From positions 54,250,001-54,314,000 of the forward strand of contig NC_043003.1 of assembly GCF_006345805.1 (NCBI RefSeq): a stretch of DNA of 64,000 nucleotides, written 5' to 3'. A model generated the notes under the pieces. The model saw only the letters and a list, made by a program, of their open reading frames with translations, was not told the origin of the DNA and searched no databases. Position 1 is the first letter of the stretch. The number at the start of each line of letters is the position of its first letter. The position numbers were made by a program, and so were the translations under genes. Source of the stretch: Octopus sinensis. Taxonomy: Eukaryota. Shown here one piece after another: positions 1 through 12,847 of the stretch.

Positions 1-230
1 GTCATATGTGCCAGCTTTATAGTGAGAGAATGTGTGGATGACGAATGTATGTCATGGAAGACAGCATCTCCTTGTCCAACGAATGTAACCAACGAAGAAC
101 GAGGAGGAAAACAACCTGTCTCTGAGTTAGCGATATCAGTGAAAACATCCAGAAGGCATCGAAGGTAGAATCCAGGTTAACGTATGGCGGGAAGTGTGAT
201 CCCTACTTCATGCATAGGATATGAAAGGAT
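1..230 (-). pseudogene. Possible decayed FN3-like exon running off the window edge
   Basis: Acceptor aaatttacag at 231; gives DPFISYA*SRDHTSRHTLTWILPSMPSGCFH*YR*... with four stops. An upstream 69-nt exon-like piece at 292-360 ends CAG|gtatgt. Confidence 0.3.
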
Positions 231-1203
231 CTGTAAATTTAAAATCGCGGTTGAGGTGAGTAAAATTTCGCAGAACTGGAATGCCACATACCTGTCCAAA
301 GGTGGGTATTGTAGTACGTAATGAAAATAATTATAAGAGACATGGTCCCATATATTGATACTAAAGTTGGTTTCATATTTATATTAAATAGGAAGTGATA
401 AAACAGTAGTGACACGTAGTTGTATGTCGTTGTATATGGGCTGCATGGACATCTAGATCCCGAGGAATCTGAAGACAACAAAGATTTAAATCCGTTAGTG
501 ATCAGCGAGTAAAATTGTCGCTCAGGACATCTGGTGGACGTGTGTCAGTAAAAGACTCCTTGAGACTTCCTGCCCCCGCCCCGCAAAAAATCTGGAAAAT
601 CTGGAGAATAAAAAGAAAACGGCAACAAGACCAGCAGTCCTTGGAGACATAGATGCTACTGTACACAGCTTTGCAAACGTTGAATTCCATTAACTCTTGA
701 ATGTGTGATGTTAATACACTATCATTAAATATGACGTTATTACTTTCAAAATTAAAACATTAATTTCCTTCACCGATTTTTAAAACAGACACTTTTAAAT
801 ATCGACATATTGAAAAAAAATCCTCAAAAATGACACAATATATTAGCAATATTATTTAAATTTCACAATAAAATTGACAGTTCTGGGATATCATTTTATC
901 TCAGAATCTCGTTGAACTATTCATTGTTAAGTTAATTCAAACAACTCCAGAATATAATATTCAATAATTCTATAAATCCAATGACGTCAGAGGATTGAGA
1001 AAAAAAGTGACATTTAAAGAAGCGTCATCTTTTTCATTTGGTTTTTATTCATTGATTGATTTATTTTTTTGGCTCACTTTTTTCTCTTTTTTTTTTTCGT
1101 TTTCTTTCTATTGTATTCGGTCTCTATTCGACCTACAACTGATGCAGAGCGGCAGAAATGGAAAGAATGAACAGCAGACACTGACGAAAACAGCACCAGC
1201 AGT

Positions 1204-1410
1204 GGAGGCGCAAAAGACCAGTGGTTAGGGCAGCGGACTCGCGGTCGTAAGAACGCGGTTTCTATTTCTAGACCGGGCATTGTGAGTGTTTATTGAGCAA
1301 AAACACCTAGACTCCACGAGGCCCCGGTGGTGAAGGGGTTGTGAGCACAACTGTACTCTTTCACCACAACTTTCTCTCATTCTTCATACTTCTGCTACAA
1401 AGCAGAGGAA
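1204..1410 (+). mobile_element. tRNA-derived SINE, family B (5' portion)
   Basis: tRNA-like head GGAGGCGC..CAGTGGTTAGGGCAGCGGACTCGCGGTCG. Reverse complement of 18625-18927. Confidence 0.75.
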
Positions 1411-1665
1411 CCATGGTATAACCCACTATGGTGTGGTAAACTTTTAGACCCTAGTCTAGATTGCGAATCCTCTGTACCCCAGGATGGTTCAGCTCTCCAC
1501 CCGCTAAAAGCCACCGTTTACGGAATGAGAATAACAACGTAGCTTTCGCGCCCGTGCAACCGCCAGTCTATCGCGTGGGGTGGGTGGATCTTCAAGATGC
1601 CACACACATTCTTAGTAGCTTAGAGTAGGCTCGAATTAGAGATTATTCTTTGTAGCTAATGGCGT

Positions 1666-1767
1666 GAAGAAGAAGAAGAAGAAGAAGAAGAAGAAGAAGA
1701 AGAAGAAGAAGAAGAAGAAGAAGAAGAAGAAGAAGAAGAAGAAGAAGAAGAAGAAGAAGAAGAAGAA
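1666..1767. repeat. (GAA)n microsatellite followed by short (CAG)n
   Basis: Direct inspection. Confidence 0.98.
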
Positions 1768-2628
1768 CATCAGCAGCAGCAGCAGGAGAGAGAAACAGAA
1801 TCAGAGGTAGGATGACACAAATATAATATACACTAACATTGACACCGATCCACTGACATCATCGTCATCATTACCTCCAAATATTGATTGATCTGATTCT
1901 ACTAAGGCTTTTGATTGTTCTATGTTTCCCCCATGCCAATTTTCCTTATCCACTTGCCATGATGTATTGCGTTAGCTGGAGTTTATCGTGGATAGATCTT
2001 CTCAAGATGGGGCAAAAACTGAGTTTATCCGCCATTTGTGGTCTCCCTTATTAGAGACGTCTTTCAGTATCGCCGCAATTTCTCGACTAACAGAAACGTG
2101 GATTCTCTATTTCTCATGCCAACACGGCAACAGATCCATCTCTATTGTACACAAGCAGAAAAGTGGCCTTTGGCTGGCATGGTCCCGCCTATTTAGATAT
2201 AAGTTTGAAAGTTCATCGATTTCTCCCGGCTGAAGTGTGTTGCTGTATACACCTGTACTGTTCCAGGGTGGCTCGCTTTTATATCCGAAGGGTGTTGGAC
2301 ACCATTGACGACGTGATTCACACACGCTCTCTCTGTCTCTCTCTCTCTGTCTCTCTCTCCCTCTCACACACACACACAAACACACGCGCGCGCACATATG
2401 CTTTTTATACACTAAACAGGGTGAATTAGAAGCTCTGAAATAAACTTAATTGCTACAAACTGTAGCAACATGTACCGACCAGCGTCTGATGTGCATAAAA
2501 GAAGGATGGATAGAACCCCTTAAAGGATCATTTCCCGGTTAACACGCAAACAGCAACCAACATTCTTCTCTCTCAATATAATTATCATTATGTATGCATA
2601 TATATATATGTACGTATATGTATGTATG

Positions 2629-2754
<126 letters not shown>

Positions 2755-2997
2755 GTATATATATACTACTAACAATATAGGATGAAGTCCCTTTCTCTAC
2801 AGAAAAGGATTCCATCAAAAAGCGTGGCAGTATATTAAAAAAACCTTTACGGTTGAAGTATAAACACCTTATAATTAAGGGCTAAAGAAGGTTATTCTAT
2901 AGCCAATACACTGATTTATCCGCTTATAATCCACTTGTTACAGGAAAATTGAACTGAAAGCGGGCAACTAACCTTTAGAAAATTTTAATTTCGTTAT

Positions 2998-3058
2998 CTC
3001 TATATTGAATCAATTTCGGAATTAATCCCTATAAAGGATACATTCTTCTTCAGTAGAG
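2998..3058 (-). ncRNA. Type I hammerhead ribozyme motif (inverted copy)
   Basis: Reverse complement of 3241-3301, with a perfect 5-bp helix I CUCUA/UAGAG. Confidence 0.8.
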
Positions 3059-3240
3059 CTTACGAGGGAATATAAATAAAATACTCACATGTGATCATGG
3101 AAAAAGCAGAAGCTAAAAACACAACTACATTTAAGTACATCGTTTATATCTATAAACATCTTATAATTAAGGGCTAAAGAAGGTTATTCTAAAGCCAATA
3201 CACTGATTTATCCACTTATAATCCACTTGTTACAGGTGGG

Positions 3241-3301
3241 TTCTACTGAAGAAGAATGTATCCTTTATAGGGATTAATTCCGAAATTGATTCAATATAGA
3301 G
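3241..3301 (+). ncRNA. Type I hammerhead ribozyme motif
   Basis: UUCUA-CUGAAGA-AGAAU(guAUCCUUUAUAGGGAUu)AUUCC-GAA-AUUGAUUCAAU-A-UAGAG: helix I UUCUA/UAGAG, intact core, helix II GAAU/AUUC plus an apical stem (A.C mismatch at the base), near-palindromic helix III AUUGA-U-UCAAU, AUA cleavage triplet. Confidence 0.8.
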
Positions 3302-3433
3302 ATAACGAAATTTAAATTTTCTAAAGGTTAGTTGCCCGCTTTCAGTTCAATTTTCCTGTAACAAGTGGATTATAAGTGGATAAATCAGTGTATTGGCTTT
3401 AGAATAACCTTCTTTAGCCCTTAATTATAAGAT

Positions 3434-3464
<31 letters not shown>

Positions 3465-3468
<4 letters not shown>

Positions 3469-3628
3469 CTTTATTTTCTCTCCTTGTTTCTGTGTTCCTT
3501 TCTGTGGAAGGGCGTAGGCTCGAAACGTAAAATACTTTTTCACTTCCCGAGTGTTATACTAATGCATCTGTTTGTTGTCTACACAACATGTCTTCGTCTT
3601 TTGCTTTTTTTTCTTTGTGAATTCACCC

Positions 3629-3630
<2 letters not shown>
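3465..3630 (+). mobile_element. Short (AT)n-flanked dispersed repeat with a degenerate minimal hammerhead (3499-3532)
   Basis: CTGTGGA-A-GGGC-GTAG-GCTC-GAAACGTA-AAA. Homologous to 5793-5967(-) and 15617-15776(+). Confidence 0.7.
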
Positions 3631-3680
<50 letters not shown>

Positions 3681-4650
3681 CAGTGTGCGTCGAAGAAATT
3701 GTCACCTAGATAATTTAAAAATGAAAATAACATTTTTTTTTTATTTTAACGGATATATTTACCAATATTACATAAAAATATCTTGAAATACTGGTGGTTC
3801 CCCAGCATAGCCACAGCTCGTAAGCTGAAACTAGATAAAGATAAAGATAAAGAAGATAGTGAAAAATAAATTTATTCAATAAACTCGTCATCGGGTTTTA
3901 ACCACGACCTCTAGGCGACTTCGGAATCTCCTGCAACACTTCTGGACAATCTCCTTGTTTAAGTTGGTGAATACTGTCATAATCCTTGCCTTCAGTTCAT
4001 CTTTGATGTTACCATGAGTATTGTTGGTCTCTCGCTCAACTGCATCCTACTCATAATAAACAAGAGTGTTGTAGTCGGGGGAGTTAGGTGGCCAGATGTT
4101 AGGGGTGATAGAGTCGCAGAAATTGTCTGAGAGCCACGACTGGGTTCTCCTGCATGTGTGGTATGGTGCAGAGGCCTGTTGGCAGACACAGGGTCTTTCA
4201 ATAGTTACTCTCTAGACCCAGGGTGGCACAACCTCTGCCAGGCACTTGATGTAGGTCTCCGGAGGCATAACGTTGCCATCACTAACGATCACACTAAACA
4301 CCATGAGGTTGATTGGATGTTTGATTCTTATCACTCTCGTTACATGTTCTGGGGATACGGGAAGCCAACAGTTGTTGTCCATCTGATGCTGGCAGAAATT
4401 TTTCTCGTCTGAAAAAACCAAAGCATGTTCAAAAGCTTCATTGCGCGGTCTTTCCTCTTCTCCTTAATGGCTTCGAATAAAAATTGGCCCTTTATCATCT
4501 TGTACGAGGAATTCTGAATGTCTCTCACGTGGTTTAGAGTTGTTTTGACTCTTATTTCTAGCAATGCTGGCGCCTGCTACTACTCTCCATCACTTTAGTG
4601 ATGACTGTACTTGTTACCTTTCGGTTCAAAATTACGAATAACTGCCTTAA
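3681..4650 (-). mobile_element. Defective Tc1/mariner element, maT/DD37D type
   Basis: TA then CAGTG-type terminus at 3681. Minus frames give FSDEKNFCQ, HP.NLMVFSVI.SDG.VMPP and QQASAP...WPPNSPDYNTLV. The 37-aa spacing is preserved but the catalytic Asp positions read A and V, and there is an in-frame stop. A short SINE fragment is inserted at ~3790-3852. Confidence 0.85.
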
Positions 4651-4653
4651 TAA

Positions 4654-4711
<58 letters not shown>

Positions 4712-5314
4712 CTAAACAAGGGGAAAGCCTACTCCGTGGAATACTAACCAGATAATAGTATTAATAAAATGAAGAAAAAATAAACATTAGGTATTTGAAG
4801 ATTTAGGAAACATGAATTTCGTTCAATGAACTGACAGGATTACACAACTGTTTGGTAAAATTATGCAATGTTACCGACTCACAATACACATACTATACAC
4901 AAACACAGGCACACACACACATATACACACGCACACTCATACACACATCACATATACATACTTGCTCAACACACACATACGCCAGGTTTTATATTTTCGA
5001 ATACCAATTTCCACTAAGAACTCGTTGCTCCACTCGAGAGTATGGCAGAAGACACTGGCAGTAATTTGTCGTAGAAGGGAACTCGTGTTCTCATGTTTTT
5101 GAAGATAACTTTTTAATCAAACACCTATACTTGGATTACTAAAATAAATAATCATTATACAAACTGCCATTCAGTTTTCAGGAAGTTGAGTTAAATTAAA
5201 TATGAACCATTGGTATCCTAAAGAAATTCCACTTTTTCATGTTTATGTCAATCATTACGAAATCAATCACTCTTTGGTTCGGTAAATACAACAATCCGAT
5301 AACGTAAATCTCAC

Positions 5315-5447
5315 CTTTCAGGAAATTGTTGGCACTGGTCATTCCAACCTGAAAGACATCTATCACACATGTCAACACTTCCAAACGAGATTTTGCTTTT
5401 AAACGAGTTAATTTAGAAACAGCATTTACACTCTTGTTGCACACATC
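5315..5447 (-). pseudogene. Exon-like segment (frame ambiguous: open FN3-like frame or Cys-rich EGF-like frame with one stop)
   Basis: Acceptor tcattcatacag and donor AAAG|gtgaga. Frame 0 is DVCNKSVNAVSKLTRLKAKSRLEVLTCVIDVFQVGMTSANNFLK; the other frame ends MCDRCLSGWNDQCQQ. Confidence 0.4.
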
Positions 5448-5792
5448 CTGTATGAATGATTAACCAGAAGGCCTCGGAGGACAAGTGTATGTATTTATCA
5501 TTCTGTTCTCTATCGCTGATTTCATTTCCTTATATGAACAAGAAGCAAGCCATCTTGCCTTCTATATTTAACGTTTGTATTCTTGCAAACCAAATTTCGA
5601 TGTATCCACTACGCTACCTTTTTTAATGTCTTTGTCAAGAGAAATGTCAGTGTTAATAATGATGGTTACGTGGATGAGGAGAGGGACCGAAAGTTCAAGA
5701 AGATAGGAAAGATGAGAGTCCAAGAAAGGACGAAGTTCAGTCAGACAGGATCAAACTGGGGTGACCACGTGAACGTATGTAATATCTAGTCC

Positions 5793-5967
5793 AAATTCAT
5801 AGAAAACAAACGTCGAAGACGAGTGAGGGAGCAAGCAGCAGGTGCATCAGTTTAACATTCGGGGAGAATCGAAAAGTCTTTGATGTTTCGAGCCTACGCT
5901 CTTCAACAGATAGAACTGAGAAGTAAAAAATATGAAGTAGGAATAAAAAAAATGAGAGAGGAAAAAA
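5793..5967 (-). mobile_element. Copy of the minimal-hammerhead dispersed repeat
   Basis: Minus strand CTGTTGA-A-GAGC-GTAG-GCTC-GAAACATC-AAAG. Confidence 0.65.
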
Positions 5968-6444
5968 ATGAATGCAGATTAACGGTTCAACAAGAAAGAG
6001 GCAGAGTAAAAAGGAGATAATAACGGTGATCCGGCTGAAGTAGGGTGAGCAAGCAGTGTTTGTCTGTGAGGATGCTACGATGAAAATGCGAAGGAAGATA
6101 GCAAAGAATACAAGAAACAAGGAAGGGAGGAAGAAGGGAACGGAGGAAGGAGGGAAACTATACTTAAATCGAAATATTTGTCTAACTGCTTCTGCTAGAG
6201 TGATCCCAAATAAACTGCTACCACTGGAAATTATTGTTGATATTCTATTACTCTTGAGAGCTGTAACTATGAGACTCTTACGATGCAAATATATATTTAT
6301 TGTAATATAGATTGAATCCACTGATCCAATGTAATCCACAAATACATACAGTGCATCCGTAATATTGAGGCCCGATTTGTATTCTAACATATTTTGTTCT
6401 CGTTCTTTCTTTAAGTTCCTATTAAAGCTTGCCCGAGTAGACGC

Positions 6445-6730
6445 ATTGCCAACTATCCCATCTTATTTATACCTTCAGGAAAATTCTTATCTATAGCTTC
6501 ATGAAACTGATAAGAGAGGTTAGATTTGATCTGCTTATCAAATGTAATGATCAGCCAAATTGTTTTACTAGAACCCACCTTGTTATTTGAGTAATTATCT
6601 TTGAAAGTCCTAGATTTATTTTTATAACGTATAAAGGGGAATAAAGAACGGTTATCTCCCTTACGTTGCAAAAATACATTTTTCGATTTATTGTTATCAC
6701 TCAAACTAAAATTTATATTGTTATTACCGT
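6445..6730 (-). mobile_element. Probable Penelope-like fragment (internally deleted)
   Basis: ORF 6453-6767 contains KTIWLIITFDKQIKSNLSYQFHEAIDKNFP, resembling the PLE segment IIWFNPP.S.N..TNIG..FL.LIDKHFP. Confidence 0.4.
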
Positions 6731-6731
6731 T

Positions 6732-6781
<50 letters not shown>

Positions 6782-6786
6782 TATAT

Positions 6787-6817
<31 letters not shown>

Positions 6818-6919
6818 GTATCTATACACACAATATATATACATATATATATATATTATATATAAATAATATTTAGTAGATATACATACAGACATGTATG
6901 AATTCATATAAAATATATC

Positions 6920-7075
6920 CTTTCTGCTGTAGGCACAAGGCCTGAAATTTCTGGGGAGTGGAGGGTAATCGGTCACATCGGCACCAAAACGCTACTGGCA
7001 CCGCTTTCAAAAGAATGAAAGGAAAATTCAAACTAGGCGGAATTTGGACTCAAAACGTAAAGAGCGACAAAATAC
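6920..7075 (-). mobile_element. SINE family C fragment (Deu/Nin-like central domain)
   Basis: aggcacaaggcc.gaaa...atgaaagg.aaa.tc...ggcggaattt, shared with 41525-41702, 43808-43925 and 57915-58010. Confidence 0.6.
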
Positions 7076-7944
7076 CATCATGCATTGAGAAGCTTGTGAG
7101 GTTATTATTTATTTGTGTACATTGTTACACACGCTTAAATAAAACAAGGATTTTTTCATATGCATTATATAATTTCTGTATCTGAAAACCTGCTGTTTCG
7201 ACGTTATTTACAGTTTCAATACACAGTGATATTTAATCCACTAGAAAGAACACAAACGTTCAATCCACTAGCAACCGAACTGAAGAAATCACGCAATGCT
7301 GAAACTGCCTATCTGCAAATATAGAGATTATTAAGCTTATATATGAAAGCAAAGATACCGTCTTTATTTATTTATATATTTGTCTGTAATAATATTCAAA
7401 AAACCTTTCTTCACATGAACTATCCCTATATAGAGAATAATATATTTTTCTGCAGATATCGTATGATAATCTTCATGTCTGTAAATAAGCTGTATTAGTA
7501 TTAAGCGTTTCTTCAGATAGATTGCTAAAGGATTTTGAAGCATTATTTATTTACAAAGGAAGTTAATGTAGAAACAGCATATCTGCACATATAGGAATTA
7601 TATAAACACTGAAAGATAAAAAATGTGCTATTTACGTATCTGTAACAAGTTGAAAAAAAAACAGAAAGTGTTACGAACATCTCCTTACCTAAGAAGGAAC
7701 ATGTTATTTCGTACAGATGTATATCTACATACAATTCATTTCCTTGCCTCTTAATATTAGAAAACAAAAATACGCGCAAATGCTTCTCCCCCGCTTATAT
7801 AATATGAATGAACTAACACAATATTCAGTACAAAAGAATTTTTACTCATTTGTATATATATATATATATAATATATATATATGTATCTGTATATATACAT
7901 ATGTATCTGTTATATATATATATATATTATATATATATATATAT

Positions 7945-8009
<65 letters not shown>

Positions 8010-8445
8010 TGTATATATGTATATATATATATGTACATATATAATCATTGTCTTTATCAGCGTCAGTTTAAAACTCATCTGCTCAAAAGGCACCTGACAA
8101 ACGTTCTTGTTCTCAGTTTGAAAAATAGCGAGCTAAATTAAAGCTTCGCCCAATAAATCCTGTGTTGCTATATTTAACAAGACTTGTGGTTTTAATATAA
8201 CATTATCTTTACAATCTAAGCCGATCCAGTGATAGTCAACTTGTTGAATCTATATCACATACGTTATTGCTACCGTACTGGTGACCATCGCAGATTCTTA
8301 AGATTGTTGAGGGCTTAGCCAGTACATTCGAACGCTCTACGATACTAGTATCCTGTAACACTATGAATGTCTTTCATATAGACTACTCTGTCAAAAGCAT
8401 TCCTACACCACCACTTTACCTGAGGATGCTCACAGACAAAAGAAT

Positions 8446-8638
8446 TCGTTAAAGCATTACGATGGAATGCCGTACAGTTTGACAGAGAATTACCTATAGC
8501 AGACACTGAATATTTCTATATTAAACTACGGAAATTTCCTCCAAGAGTCAAAGCCCTTGTCTACTTCAAGACCGATGTGCTGAATCTCATTTCCATTTAG
8601 TAAGTACCCTTTCTCTAACCAGTTTCAATCTAAATTTG
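8446..8638 (-). pseudogene. Possible decayed FN3-like exon
   Basis: Acceptor atatctttag; gives ...FP*FNIEIFSV/SAIGNSLSN...LT with stops and a 2-nt frameshift. Confidence 0.3.
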
Positions 8639-9892
8639 CTAAAGATATATACGACTATTTAAAAACTCTAATAGTAAGTTTATATTTTCGGACAAGACAA
8701 ACAGTCTATACGAATTAGATGAAGATATACATAGTAAATTATTAACTAATACCATTACGGATAAATATAAGAGATTTGATATAAAGACGTACAACGCTTT
8801 AAACATGGAGGCAAACATCCTAGTAAATAGGTTTGATATAGCTAAGAGATGTGAATGTGTGGTCAAGAGGCTACATTTATTTCACTGAAGGATTATAAAT
8901 TTGACTTTCATAATAGACCAAAGTGCGGACTAATTAGCCCGGCTAAGACTGAACTAGATTTAACAAGCAAAAAAAAAAAGAAAGAAAATTAAAGAAACAT
9001 TAATAATAAAATTAACGAATTCTTAGCCTGTTGCTATTGACTAATTTGTTTGTGATATCTTGATTCAAATCCATCCTCAATAAAGATAATGCAAAATTCA
9101 CGCAGTTCGATATTGTGGATTTGTATCCGTCGCTATGCACGTGTAGAGACAAATCTAAATGTTCTCTAGAGCAGAAGTTCAATATATCTTACGTTGTTTC
9201 TAAAGCACAAGATTAAGCGAACTATGCAATGGCCGTACAGGAAATCAAACATTATATCGAAGCCATGGAATGAAAATTTAAATCCAGGTACAACAACCGT
9301 CTTTCGGATAGTAGGCAACGTAATAAGAGACATTCAACAACCATTTCGGCTTAAAGACGAAGGACACAATTTCAACGTCAAATAGAAAATCTTCTCAAAA
9401 TCCAGACCCTATATTAGCGAGTCCAAAAAGTGTTCAGTATTTTCTTCTGAAAAACTGTATGTCTTAAAAGCACTTGTGAGTCACCAACAACTACATAAAA
9501 TACAGGAACAAGGTTTTTTTTTCTGTATGACCTTATTTCAAAAAATACATCTTGTCGAAATTTAAAGCTAGACTACCGGACACTTTGTACACCATTAACA
9601 TCTGGTTTACGTCTGCTTGACATCGAATTATTGTAAGGTTGGTTATCTTTCTTGTGTTTTGCTTTTCGTCTTCTTCTTTACAAGCGTCGCTTGTTTAAAT
9701 GTCATCTGCTCAAAAGGCAAGTGACAAGCAGCCTTGTTCCCGGTATGAAAAAATGGAGAAATTAATTAATGTTTGGAGCAGGAAACCCTGGGTAGCTGTA
9801 TTTAACAAGACTTGTGGTTTTATTATAACATTATCATTACTCTCTAAAGCTGATTGAGTGCTAGTCTCTCTCTCTCTCTCTCTCTCCCTCTG

Positions 9893-9945
<53 letters not shown>

Positions 9946-11379
9946 CTTGTTTCAGTCATTTGACTGTAGCTATATATTATTTAAAACACTTTGATTCGGT
10001 TGCATGCTTCTTAGAGAAACTTGCCTCTTCGAGCTCAATAAACCGGATTCGCATGGGACCAAATGAAATTGCTTTAAATAATAACATATGTAACTACTAC
10101 TAAATGTGTTGAGTGCCTCTTCTGTCTTTCGTCCACTCACACGTACGCATACACGCGCGCGCACGCACGCGCACGCACGCGCTCACTCACATAGAGAGAG
10201 AACGCTTGAAGTGGGATACAGGTTTTTATATATTATGCAAAATGATTGAGCCAGAAGTTTTGATAAATATTTATTTGCGTTTTCATCTCGTTCGTTTCCA
10301 AGACTCATCAAATATGATTTTTTACAGAAAATTTATACCTTTTTAATGGAAAACTGAAAGAGAATGTTCTTTTGTTATCTGTATGTATGTGTAAATATAT
10401 GCGTGCGTACAGATATGTGCATATCTAAGTGTGTGTACGCATGTGTGCGTGTCGTGAATTTTTGGGAGATCTGATTTACGAGAGAAAGAAAGAGAAACAA
10501 GGAAAGGAAGAAAAAGTGAACGAAAGAAAAACAAAAAGACAGAAACAAGGTCATAAATGAAAGAGAAAAAGAAGAAAGAAAGCAGAAAGAGACAAAGAGA
10601 GAGAGATAGGGAGAGAGAGAAATGAAGAAAGAAAGAATGAAAGAAGGAGAGAAAAGGGTATATCTTCTCAGATATCTTGTATTTTTTTATGGTCAGTTGA
10701 TTCACAGGTGTTGGAAGTTAGTGAAGTTTCAAGATGTCAGTTTTTTTTAGTTATTGTTTTGGAGACATCTTTCTCTCCTTCTTTATCCCTCTCTCCCTCT
10801 CTTTCCCTCTCTCTTCCGCTCTCTCCCATCCCCCCTCTCTCTCTCTCTGGCTTTCTTTCTGTGCATACATGTATGTGTTAATGTGCATGCGTGGTGAATA
10901 ATTTGGAAGATTGTTTAGAGGAAAAAGAAAGACAGGTGGGAAGACATGATGAAGGACAACAAAGAAAGAAAGACAACAGAAAGGAAACGGAGAGAAAGAA
11001 AGAAAGAAAGAACGAAAGGGGCTCCCGGGATGATTTAAACTGTATTGTATCTATATGATTAGCTTCTTGAAGTAAATGACATGTAAAAATGTCAGCCTTG
11101 TTTTAGACATTGTTTTGAAAACATCTCTCTCTTTTATTACACACATATTAACGTGTACGTAAATACACACACACATATTCACATTTATACACACACACGC
11201 GCGTAATGTACATACTATATAATACAATATTATATATACATACACACATACATTCACCTATCCTCACACACATGCATATATTATGTACACACACATTATA
11301 CATGCATACATGTTACGAACGAAAAAAATTATATTAACATAATTTTTCGTTCGTACGACGCCCAATTGGAATAGTCCTT

Positions 11380-11760
11380 TTATGTCCTCTCAGATGTGGG
11401 GCTCCTTTGGAATACTCGGCTAGTGGCTGCCCCTTAACACCAGCCCTTTCTAGGTTTATGTCTTTGCTTTGTCTTCTGTCACCTTCTCCTTACTATCCTT
11501 CTTTCGTGTAGGGCAGTCCAAACTGAGATGCCCCTTTTCACCACATATCCAGCACTCCTTCCTAAGTGCGAACATCTTACTACCATCCTGCCTTTGCTCT
11601 CATTCTAGGCTGTAACAATCTTTCATCTTGTGTCCTGGCTTCCCACAGTGCCAACAATTTATTACAACCATCTCTTGTTCCTTCTTCTTCAAACAGCTTC
11701 CTCTTTTACTTCCAATCTTTTCACTGTACCAACAGATTTCATTAATCTTCTTGCTTCACG
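11380..11760 (-). mobile_element. LTR-retrotransposon gag remnant with two CCHC zinc knuckles
   Basis: One frame reads CWHCGKPGHKMKDC (from ~11656) and CWICGEKGHLSLDC (from ~11554), separated by one TGA. Confidence 0.75.
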
Positions 11761-12399
11761 TACTTGCACCTTCCTTGCTTTGAACCCGGAACTGTAGTCC
11801 ATCTGGAATCTCAGCTATCGGACACAGACTGTTGGAGTCTGTTGGCGGTGTTGGGAGGCCGCGTGGGGCGTCACGAAATAAACATATATATACATACATT
11901 TGTATACATATACATACACACACACGCACAGGTGCACACATCTGTATGTATGTAAATAGATTTTATACCATTAAAATAGTTTGAGAGTTAGTCGAAGATT
12001 GAAAATGTTATTCATAAAAGCTTTAAGCAAGTATGGATGAAGTCACGATTAGAAAATATGAAAGAAATCCAAAACGTCGAAATCAGATTTAAAATCTAAA
12101 TATACACTGGCTTCAATGTCTATTAGTCGCACACAAAACTAATATACTTGGTGAGAGTACAGAGTAATTATTAAAGTAGTCGGATTTTATTATTTCACTC
12201 CTAAACCATGTGTAATTTCAACTACATTTTCCTCAAAAGTTAGCTAGACACATTACTTGTATGAGTTAACTATATAAAATAATGTCCATAGCTTGTTCAA
12301 TTTTGGTGAGTGTCCACGTACATTACCCTTGCTATAGATGTTGTCAATTCTTTTTAAAAATCCAGTAATGCGATTTTTTATTATATGTTTAGTTCACGT

Positions 12400-12720
12400 A
12401 AAAACGTTTCATAAAATACAAATAAATGCTTTCCAGCACTTTCAGTAATCCATTTGGCATTTGCAGAAAAGGAAGATCTTGAATTTGCTCTTACACAAGT
12501 TTCCAGAGGTTTAGCTAACGGAATCTTGCGGAATGCTTTATGTCAGATGTGCTGTTTGTGGGTTCTTGCACGTTGGCAAAGGAATCTGTTGGTTTTGTCA
12601 ATATGATTTGTTTGAAATTGAAGTGGGATATGTAGTATATGAGATTCTGTGTCTTGCAGTTCATATCTGCATTTTCTTTGAATGAGAAGCGACTTTAAAT
12701 TCATATGTTTTCTGTAAAAA
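12400..12720 (-). mobile_element. Penelope-like GIY-YIG endonuclease remnant
   Basis: Minus frames give NADMNCKTQNLIY followed by QR.RTHKQHI..RKIP and FKIFPF-like segments. Frameshifted. Confidence 0.6.
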
Positions 12721-12805
12721 ATCGTACCTCTAGACTTCTGAATTTGTTCCTTTATTTATACATACTTCTCCCTCTATATATATCTTTATATATATATATA
12801 TCTAT

Positions 12806-12847
<42 letters not shown>

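Larger units (their letters stand above)
2859..3440. mobile_element. Inverted-duplication element A-B-C-A'-rc(B)-rc(A), resembling a PLE pseudo-LTR
   Basis: A=2859-2944, B=2945-3057, C=3058-3150, A'=3151-3236, rc(B)=3242-3354, rc(A)=3355-3440. AB versus rc(AB) shows 4 mismatches in ~200 bp. B/C homologue at ~46770-46960. Confidence 0.85.

Noticed and set aside
7280-7305. CTGAAGA...GAAAC spacing
   Set aside because: No convincing helix I or helix II.
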